From an uncultured Verrucomicrobiota bacterium (GTDB lineage Bacteria; Verrucomicrobiota; Verrucomicrobiia; Verrucomicrobiales; DEV007), in the NCBI GenBank assembly GCA_902589825.1, contig CACIUL010000010.1, positions 116 through 64,115 on the forward strand: a DNA stretch of 64,000 nt. The letters are read 5' to 3'. A program made the position numbers and the translations under genes. Positions 58,001 to 64,000 of the stretch are shown in pieces (the first letter of the stretch is position 1; each line of letters starts with the position of its first letter). Under the pieces are notes generated by a model. It saw only the letters and a program-made list of their open reading frames with translations, searched no databases and was not told where the DNA came from.

Positions 58001-60109
58001 ATTGATCAGTTCCCCCGTCATCACGGGAGCCTCGTGATTATAAGGCCTGCTCATCCTTATCTCTCCATCATCTTTCCACCCTTGCCATGGGGTAATCTTG
58101 CCGGATTCATTCATCGAGAGTGGTCCATTGGACTTAAGCCACATAGTGAGAGCAGCACTGGGAACAGCCCCCAATAGCGGATTACGCAGGCGTGGCATCG
58201 TACCCGACTCAAACTCTTCAATGTTATTCAGGTCATCATGATCCGGATCGTCAAGGGAATCGGCAGCCAGAGGATTCAGCTCATTCTGTATCTCCCAGCC
58301 ATCAGGCATCCCGTCACTATCCGTATCATCAAGGATGGGATTTGTGTCCGAAAAGTACTCCTCCAGGTTGGTGACTCCATCCTCATCAAAATCATCGCCT
58401 GAATCTTGGCGACGTGGATCCAGCCCATGGAGAATTTCCCATTCATCGGGCATCCCGTCACTATCATTATCAATAAGCTGATCTGGATCTGGATCAAGAA
58501 ACGGTGCCTTAAGCTCTGAATAGCTTACCCCTGTTATTGCCTGAATAAGAGCATCCAGTTCTGGATTATTGTTGTTAAAAAATGACTTGTGCCTGCCTAT
58601 GAATTGACTTCCCTCATCCTGACCAATTCCCCGCCATTCCCTCCATTTGTAGTATGCGCCGACAAACTCCTCCTCACTATCACCTTGTGAATACCAGTGG
58701 AAACTGCCCAGGGAAGGAGCGCCCGTGTAATATGTATTACGCTCCCAAAGATTACCTGCTTCAAGGAAATCCTGATAGACATCCCAGCCAAAGCTGCCGT
58801 ACTGCAGGCCGTTATATCCGCCTTTCGGCATCACAATTACATTGTCATGAATATGATTGTGCTCAGTAATATGTGTTCCACAAACCCCATCCGTATGACT
58901 CGGGCGGTGCTGATTAATAATTGAGATCCCGCCACCTCGTGCACCTTCATCCGGTGCGGCTTCAAAATAATTATGGTGCACATTGGCTGACTCGGAATTC
59001 TGGATCACAAACGGGACTCCCCACAACAACCCCCCCCGGGGAACCAGTCCATTCCAGCGGAGGACATTATTGCGTATTTCGCAATTGCAACTCAACTCAA
59101 AGAGTAATCCCTCCCAGGAATTATATTCACTGAGGTTTTCCTCGAACAGGCTGTCATGGGAGTTGATATCAAACCAGAACCCCGGGCCTGTATTATGGTG
59201 TGCATAATTGCGGCGAACAACCATCCCCTTGGACCCGGGCATCTTGGCGCCACCCCTCGACCAGTTACCCGAAAATCCCGCCCATCCATTATAGGCAAAC
59301 TCACAGTATTCTATCACCGTATCCTGCCCGCCATCATGCAGGCCCGCCAGGCCATTCCAGAGAAACCTTGAATTTTTGACATGTGAATAACTGCTGACAC
59401 GGATACCTGTGGCATGACATCCACTGATCATACATCCATCAATTAAGGCGTTCTCGCCCAAATGCACTGCCGCACTTTGACCCACCGTGGGAAATTTTTC
59501 ACAATGTATATTTTTTAAACTCACATCAGGCGCACTTGTCCTGATCGCGTATCGGCACAGACCGCTCAATTCCATCTTCTTTTGCGTAGGATCAAAGCGT
59601 ATATAGATTTTGTCCGCTTCATAATCATAGGCCCAGGAATTCTCATCATGCACCAGGGCAGGTGCGTATTTCTGGATAATCGGAAGATCATCAGCAAAAA
59701 GGTCATGTGGCCACCTCGCCCGCAATTCCCAATAATGCGCTGTCGGGTCATGCTCAGGAACCGCTTTCGAATGCGGCCCATCATGCACCCAGAAAGGATC
59801 TTCAAACCGCCATCCATCAAGTAACTCTGCGCCTGAAAGAACTGCCCCAGGTTGTCCCGACAAGCTATCGCCAGCTTTCAATACGAGTTCGTGACCACGG
59901 TGTATACCTGTCTCCAGCTCATATACACTGCCTGCCGGATGACTGTCTATTATGGCCTGTAGATCGCCATTATGTGGAAGCAAAATGACATCTTGAGCCC
60001 TAACTGATGGCCAAATGTATATGATGGCCATGCAGAAAAGCGCAGGCAGCTTGAAGCCCGGGGCTGACATAGGTTTCAGCAAAAATTGCGGCATTCGGTT
60101 ACCCGGCAT
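55049..60109 (-). CDS. Giant secreted multidomain protein: parallel beta-helix + TSP3-like Ca-binding repeats + LamG-like + cadherin-like + 7 RCC1-like repeats + C-terminal DxDGD...GFYRVRI module
   Basis: 1686 aa with a signal peptide ending VRAQ. The PbH1-like repeats run approx nt 58600-59960. DxDxDG..D..E repeats form three blocks (approx 58190-58500, 56830-57480, 55390-55690). The LamG-like region is approx 57500-58160. Seven G(G/F)YHS.AL...G.V..WG.N..GQ units lie at approx 55790-56600. Confidence 0.8.
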   Translation of the reverse strand: MPGNRMPQFLLKPMSAPGFKLPALFCMAIIYIWPSVRAQDVILLPHNGDLQAIIDSHPAGSVYELETGIHRGHELVLKAGDSLSGQPGAVLSGAELLDGWRFEDPFWVHDGPHSKAVPEHDPTAHYWELRARWPHDLFADDLPIIQKYAPALVHDENSWAYDYEADKIYIRFDPTQKKMELSGLCRYAIRTSAPDVSLKNIHCEKFPTVGQSAAVHLGENALIDGCMISGCHATGIRVSSYSHVKNSRFLWNGLAGLHDGGQDTVIEYCEFAYNGWAGFSGNWSRGGAKMPGSKGMVVRRNYAHHNTGPGFWFDINSHDSLFEENLSEYNSWEGLLFELSCNCEIRNNVLRWNGLVPRGGLLWGVPFVIQNSESANVHHNYFEAAPDEGARGGGISIINQHRPSHTDGVCGTHITEHNHIHDNVIVMPKGGYNGLQYGSFGWDVYQDFLEAGNLWERNTYYTGAPSLGSFHWYSQGDSEEEFVGAYYKWREWRGIGQDEGSQFIGRHKSFFNNNNPELDALIQAITGVSYSELKAPFLDPDPDQLIDNDSDGMPDEWEILHGLDPRRQDSGDDFDEDGVTNLEEYFSDTNPILDDTDSDGMPDGWEIQNELNPLAADSLDDPDHDDLNNIEEFESGTMPRLRNPLLGAVPSAALTMWLKSNGPLSMNESGKITPWQGWKDDGEIRMSRPYNHEAPVMTGELINGYPGISFGPGSLKTRNGLVFGDAASGGWTLIMAVKMRSEGVSAGTYALAGNSVWRESGFRLTLDQGYLHFYSTQPDKPLSVRSFRRLDREKLRIVTLVYDGFNEEGRMYVDGEEQARVEGLIPPNDRSLWIGHIGGLAYQPADYSEVVTYSQALSHVDRREVEAMLCAKYQSSGLGMMDSDGDGMSDWWEIEYGSVDGPGEDPDNDGLTNIVEFRNRTNPLLKDTDGDTLTDLWEVNNNWNPRRDDSVIDTDNDGLSLVEENKLGTFPDNPDSDGDGMPDGWEDKHGIDPLKYDTQGDSDADGLTDLEEFGQGTNPRLTDTDGDTLDDFWEIANNWNPLVNNSGLDTDGDGVSDVKEVHYGTDFTLQDTDGDGFDDGEELSLGTDPNDPLSVPDLPPTFSERNFSISRTSTLNTVIGVLPVMDPNGDIIEYDIINNEDPDHDGNPAFRIEGNRLLVNDSGDLNDLARSIPVAAGGYHSVALGSDGHVTGWGRDNDGQAVVPIEMSSPIAIAAGFYHSLVLQEDGVVVAWGANNYGQADVPLDLSRATAIATSGYHNLALQANGRVVAWGRNQYGQANVPSASRLGEVRAIAAGAHHSMVLNHEGTIVTWGLNTHGQRNVPLRLGPATSIAAGYLHSLALKVDGTVAAWGHNTYRQRIVPAGLKNVVALAAGGYHNLALRENGTVVAWGRNNYGQAGVPEGLTGVIAIFAGGYHSIALKSDGTLVGWGRRGDGQLDIPQGLRLNQKILSRTSMLQIKVRAGDGINFADAILTINLVNDPDEDLDGDGVAYRQEIIAGTDQLLADTDRDGMHDGWELGNRLDPLSDDSSGDDDFDGVNNIDELAQGSSPAEWLDADNDGMHDRWELQSGLKVGTADGAQDDDGDLQPNFMEFVFGGNPGDAGSVYRLEAGIEDLKFPVIEFQRSRAVFRHYYKTYLEKLTDENTWEALPESALTRNYIGDGIEKVVLRPPAGEKGFYRVRISPRS

Positions 60110-60117
60110 TTCTTATA

Positions 60118-61239
60118 TCATGGTTTCAAGGAAGGACTTGTGAGCTCCTGCAGAAAAGCCATGCGCTTGCCCTCCCAGTATTCACTGCCTACGTAAGGGC
60201 TGACTTCCTCCAGGGAAATACGTCGTCCTGTCATCGTGTTGACAAAGTCCATGATCTTATCCTTCGCAACAAGAATTCCACCCGGGTTGTTGGGAACCTT
60301 AAGGACCCAATCCGGTGTATCTCTGCCCAAAAAGGCAGTGTCCTCATAAGGCAAGATGACAGGTAATCCTGCCGCTAAATAATCCCGAACCTTCAATGGA
60401 CAGGCCTCTTCCATGTCTTTGGTATGGAGTCCCGCTGTACCCAGCCCACACGAGGCACCCCTAAAAACATTCTGAAATTCCGTTTCATTAAGAAATGAAT
60501 GCCATTGCACATTTACAGGCAGCCTGTGCCGGGAAGGTTCATAGCCGGCAACCAAGTCAAATTCGAGTTTTCCTTTGGTCTGCTCTGCAAGCTTGAGGAC
60601 ATCATCAACGCCGTGCCACGGATTGTCTGCACCAATCATGTAGACCACCCGGGGTAACCCATCAGCACATCCCTCAAATCTGACCGTGGACTTGCCGGCC
60701 AAGTTTGTCGAGTTGGGAATGGCCATGGTTGGCATTCCTGCCAATTGCACTTTCCGGTTATCAAGAATTTCCTGAGTCACTCCAATGAACGCTGCTGCAC
60801 ACTTTTCAAACTTTGCCCCTGTTGCCAGGTAATAAAGGTATCTGAGCCTGTCTACAATACTAGTCTTTGCCCTGCTCTTGAACTCACTGTTATAAATAGC
60901 ATTGAGCTCAATGCAGGTAGGAATTTCCAGCATCAATCGAGCTAGAGAAGACTTATAAAACTCCCACCGCAAATAATTAACATCGGGATTGAAATCCCTT
61001 ACTGCATTGCAGAGTTCCCTGTATGTTTTCCGGTTGGTTATTAAGGCCAGAGGATTATTCCAGATTCTCCGTCGTTGAAAAATATTCGCTGGGAATGGAG
61101 CGTCTGTTTTGAGATAGCTAGCACAAAAAACCTCAACCTCATGGCCAAGTGCGCGCCATGCATTCACCTGTTGTTCCACCTTGCTGGTAACCCCGTCCCG
61201 TTGACGAAGGTTCCATGTCAAAATATATGCAATCCTCAT
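60118..61239 (-). CDS. Glycosyltransferase (GT-B fold, GT4-like)
   Basis: 373 aa, starting MRIAYILTWNL. The C-terminal half has a GT-B-like sugar-donor region (GLPVILPYED). The assignment is weaker than for 51422-52555. Confidence 0.55.
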   Translation of the reverse strand: MRIAYILTWNLRQRDGVTSKVEQQVNAWRALGHEVEVFCASYLKTDAPFPANIFQRRRIWNNPLALITNRKTYRELCNAVRDFNPDVNYLRWEFYKSSLARLMLEIPTCIELNAIYNSEFKSRAKTSIVDRLRYLYYLATGAKFEKCAAAFIGVTQEILDNRKVQLAGMPTMAIPNSTNLAGKSTVRFEGCADGLPRVVYMIGADNPWHGVDDVLKLAEQTKGKLEFDLVAGYEPSRHRLPVNVQWHSFLNETEFQNVFRGASCGLGTAGLHTKDMEEACPLKVRDYLAAGLPVILPYEDTAFLGRDTPDWVLKVPNNPGGILVAKDKIMDFVNTMTGRRISLEEVSPYVGSEYWEGKRMAFLQELTSPSLKP

Positions 61240-61357
61240 TTAAGAAAATTTCTTATGTCCACATTGTGATGGGAATTACCTTTTGCGCAAACCAGTTACA
61301 ACCCCTGATTCATCCCCTCCCGCCGGCAAAAAAATGTACTGCATACTTAATCTGATT

Positions 61358-63373
61358 CTACTCAGCCTTGAAAAGATCCCCGTCAACCCATGACTGTAAA
61401 CACAGGACTCTCCACAGGTTACGGTAATGGCGTAGTGAAACCCTATTGCCGGCCAAGACATACCTCCCCAGCTTATTGACGCGACGCACATCACAAAATT
61501 GACCAATCCGCGAAGAAGGATCTCGTAACCTTTCTTCCCGTGCACGATATACCTCGGGAACAAGCTCGTGCTCCGGCGTCTCAAAACCCACCTTGTCCTT
61601 TCGCCAGACAACTTTATCGGGCACTAGTCCCGAAAGAGCCTTCCTCAATACCCATTTCGTCCACCCGTCCTTCAACTTGTGCTCCGCCGCATTGCGAAAG
61701 GCATGCTCTACCAGACGAAAATCTGTAAACGGAACACGTGCCTCACGACTGAATGCCATGGAATTTCTATCCTCCCAGTGCAAAAGCCTGCCGAGGTTAA
61801 AATCTGAAACCATGGACCGTAACGAGTCTTCCAGGCTGCGGCAATGAATCACATTCTCAAATCTGCGGGTAATAAAATCGGAGTATTCCTTGGAATTCAC
61901 AGCATTAAGTAAGCGCCTCGAGAGGTAACGGTAATAACCGCACCTGCCGCCAAATCCACGCGCTTTATCAACCAGTAGAATGCCCCGACTCTTTAAGCTT
62001 TTAATGATCAGATCACTCAACCCAAATCCGGAAGTCCTGCGCATTGTTTGTAACGCCCGGAACCCTGCTCTATAACCCTCCTTATCAATGGTCTGGCGCA
62101 ACAGTACCGCAAACGGTCTGTACCCACCATAGAGCTCGTCTGCTGCCTGGCCGTCCAGCAAAACAGGCGTGTGCTGGTTTTGAGCCTCCTCCATCACGCA
62201 CCACTGTGCAAAAATACTTGTCGTTGAGAAAGGTTCCTCCTGGTGATAGACCAACCGATCAAGGTCCCTGTTTAGTTTCTCTGCAGTGGGGAAAGTGTAA
62301 TGACTCGCAGACTTGTAATGTTGGCTTACCAAATCAATGAAATATTTCTCATTGTAACGCCCCTCTGATTCATAAACCGCACTGAAGGTATTGAATTTCG
62401 CCGATGCGTTAACACCAGCCAAGTGATTGGTGGCAAGTCCAACAATGCCTGATGAATCAATCCCTCCACTAAGGCAACTCCCCACCCTGACATCCGCCCG
62501 CAAACGCAACTTGACCGCATCGCTGAGTAGGTGCTGTAATTCCTCAATAACCTCCCCAGAAGACCTTACCTGTGGAGAAACCTTGACATCACTCAGGTTC
62601 CAAAAACTTCCCACATGGGTCCTGCTTCCCACGCAGACCTGCAAATTATTCCCGGGAGGCAGTTTCCGGACACCTTGAAAAAAGGTGTCGCCCGTAGAAT
62701 CCTCTGGATATGAGGACTTCGCCATGAACAACATGGTATAAATATCATCTACCTCGGGAGGCTTGCGGGAAATCCGGAACAGTGCCTTGAATTCTGAAGC
62801 AAAGCAAAAGCCCTTCTCATCGTCGGTATAGTTTAAGGGCTTAATCCCAAGCCGATCCCTTGAGATCCAGACTAATGGCCTGGCACCGCGCAAATCAAGA
62901 ATCGTGAAAGCCCACATGCCATTGAACCTGACCACGCAGTCTTTCCCCCACTGCTCATATGCAGATAAAATGACTTCTGTATCTGTTCCTGTTTTAAAGT
63001 GATGCCCTGCACTTTCGAGCTCCTGCCTTAACTCGACGAAATTATATACCTCACCATTGAATACAATCACAAGGTCACCCCTTGCATTGGACATTGGCTG
63101 GTGACCCAGCAATGAAGTGTCCTGTATGGAAAGCCGGCGATGGGCAAGAACCAGATCAAAGTGTCCTCCCGCTAAATTTTTGACATTGGGCAAACCGGTA
63201 CCCCTCGGTGAATCCTCTCCGCTGCAATAGTGGGATTCGCCTGTTTGCGTGTTCATCAGGAAATACCCTTCATCGTCAGGTCCGCGGTGCCGCTGCAGGT
63301 TATTGGCCTCAACCAGCCGATGAATATCAACAGCTGACCCGTCTTTTTTAAATTGACCGAGGATCCCACACAT
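61358..63373 (-). CDS. Asparagine synthase (glutamine-hydrolysing)-like amidotransferase, EPS/exosortase-locus type
   Basis: N-terminal nucleophile MCGILG and PP-loop SCLSGGIDSS. 671 aa. Confidence 0.8.
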   Translation of the reverse strand: MCGILGQFKKDGSAVDIHRLVEANNLQRHRGPDDEGYFLMNTQTGESHYCSGEDSPRGTGLPNVKNLAGGHFDLVLAHRRLSIQDTSLLGHQPMSNARGDLVIVFNGEVYNFVELRQELESAGHHFKTGTDTEVILSAYEQWGKDCVVRFNGMWAFTILDLRGARPLVWISRDRLGIKPLNYTDDEKGFCFASEFKALFRISRKPPEVDDIYTMLFMAKSSYPEDSTGDTFFQGVRKLPPGNNLQVCVGSRTHVGSFWNLSDVKVSPQVRSSGEVIEELQHLLSDAVKLRLRADVRVGSCLSGGIDSSGIVGLATNHLAGVNASAKFNTFSAVYESEGRYNEKYFIDLVSQHYKSASHYTFPTAEKLNRDLDRLVYHQEEPFSTTSIFAQWCVMEEAQNQHTPVLLDGQAADELYGGYRPFAVLLRQTIDKEGYRAGFRALQTMRRTSGFGLSDLIIKSLKSRGILLVDKARGFGGRCGYYRYLSRRLLNAVNSKEYSDFITRRFENVIHCRSLEDSLRSMVSDFNLGRLLHWEDRNSMAFSREARVPFTDFRLVEHAFRNAAEHKLKDGWTKWVLRKALSGLVPDKVVWRKDKVGFETPEHELVPEVYRAREERLRDPSSRIGQFCDVRRVNKLGRYVLAGNRVSLRHYRNLWRVLCLQSWVDGDLFKAE

Positions 63374-63498
63374 TGAACTACAGTTGCTTTGAAAAGCTTG
63401 TTTGCCTGAACCTACATAGTGCTACGCACCGATCATGGCTTTCCCTAAAATGAGGCTGACCGAATATATCCATCTTCTGTTTGCGGCATTGGGGACAG

Positions 63499-64000
63499 TT
63501 ACCCGGCAGGATCGTGAATCAGTTCTTCAATGATCTCAGCTGCAGTTTTGCCTGCCCGGCCAAAGTTGGACAGGATACGGGAACGACAATCTTTAATCCG
63601 TTCAACACTCTGCCCGGGTTCGCTCATGAGACGGCGGCAGGCCTCCACCACCGCGTCTGGCGAGCATTCACAAAGTGCACCAAGGTTCTTGCGTTCGCCA
63701 AGTTCAATGGGTTCAATGTCAATCGACTTGAAATCATGATTGAAAACCTTGACCGGCACCTCGACAAAAACCACGGGGCGCTCCATGACAAAAGCATACT
63801 CGAATGCCACACCCGAATAATCGGAAATCATCAAATCGGAGTAAAAAAAGCTGGCACTCTTATCGGATGGATCCTCGTAGGTAAAGCCATCATCACTGTC
63901 AAACCTCTCACGAATTTCAACAACTGCCTGAAGGTTGTTCCTTAGAATTCCGGGATGCGGGCGAAGCGTTACTCCAATACCCGCCTCCCTTAATTTACCC
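63499..64000 (-). CDS. CDP-glycerol glycerophosphotransferase (TagB/TagF)-like protein, N-terminus outside window
   Basis: The hand-translated frame stays open to the window end (GKLREAGIGVTLRPHPGILRNN...FFYSDLMISDYSGVAFEYAFVMERPVVF). The C-terminal TagF-like pattern is SDYSxxxFEY...RPxxF. Confidence 0.6.
   Translation of the reverse strand, partial: GKLREAGIGVTLRPHPGILRNNLQAVVEIRERFDSDDGFTYEDPSDKSASFFYSDLMISDYSGVAFEYAFVMERPVVFVEVPVKVFNHDFKSIDIEPIELGERKNLGALCECSPDAVVEACRRLMSEPGQSVERIKDCRSRILSNFGRAGKTAAEIIEELIHDPAG

Noticed and set aside
61276-61611. 111-aa minus-strand ORF overlapping the 3' end of the AsnB-like gene, considered as a possible precursor peptide (lasso-peptide idea, since lasso cyclases are AsnB homologues)
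   Set aside because: The ORF lies in another frame of the AsnB-like gene and has no leader/core features. The AsnB-like protein retains the catalytic N-terminal Cys. No transglutaminase-like protease gene is present.

Overview
A 64-kb chromosomal segment, most likely from a PVC-superphylum bacterium and probably Verrucomicrobiota. The indicators are a PSCyt/DUF1549/DUF1553 + DUF1501 gene pair, DUF1080, a Tat-exported xylose-isomerase-like barrel protein, a sulfatase, RNase HIII, and a GTTC-N4-GAAC SOS box. I recognise about 54 protein-coding genes. I found no rRNA, tRNA, CRISPR array, transposase or integrase. From 1 to 45.4 kb the window holds mostly housekeeping genes: manC, cysE, grpE-dnaJ, rsmE, rdgB, leuS, folP, cdaA-glmM, bioD, mutY, rnhC, HU/IHF, recN, xseA and the prs-L25-pth-rpsF-ssb operon. 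These are interleaved with secreted or periplasmic carbohydrate and redox genes: an S8/kexin-like protease, DUF1080, a PQQ-type sugar dehydrogenase, PSCyt-DUF1553/DUF1501, a PQQ-like propeller, and a translationally coupled esterase/SMP-30/sulfatase operon. From 45.5 to 64 kb lies the accessory region and the best candidate for something new. It is an exosortase (EpsH-like) + EpsI locus joined to a minus-strand gene array encoding a Stealth hexose-1-phosphoryltransferase-like protein, a CDP-alcohol phosphatidyltransferase-family protein, a TagF-like glycerophosphotransferase (partial), two Wzy_C/O-antigen-ligase-like membrane proteins, two glycosyltransferases, an AsnB-like amidotransferase and a 1686-aa secreted protein (beta-helix + TSP3-like Ca repeats + LamG + seven RCC1-like repeats). 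All functional calls come from motif recognition by eye on the supplied translations and on my own hand translations. No database search, HMM or structure prediction was possible, so family assignments remain hypotheses until searched.
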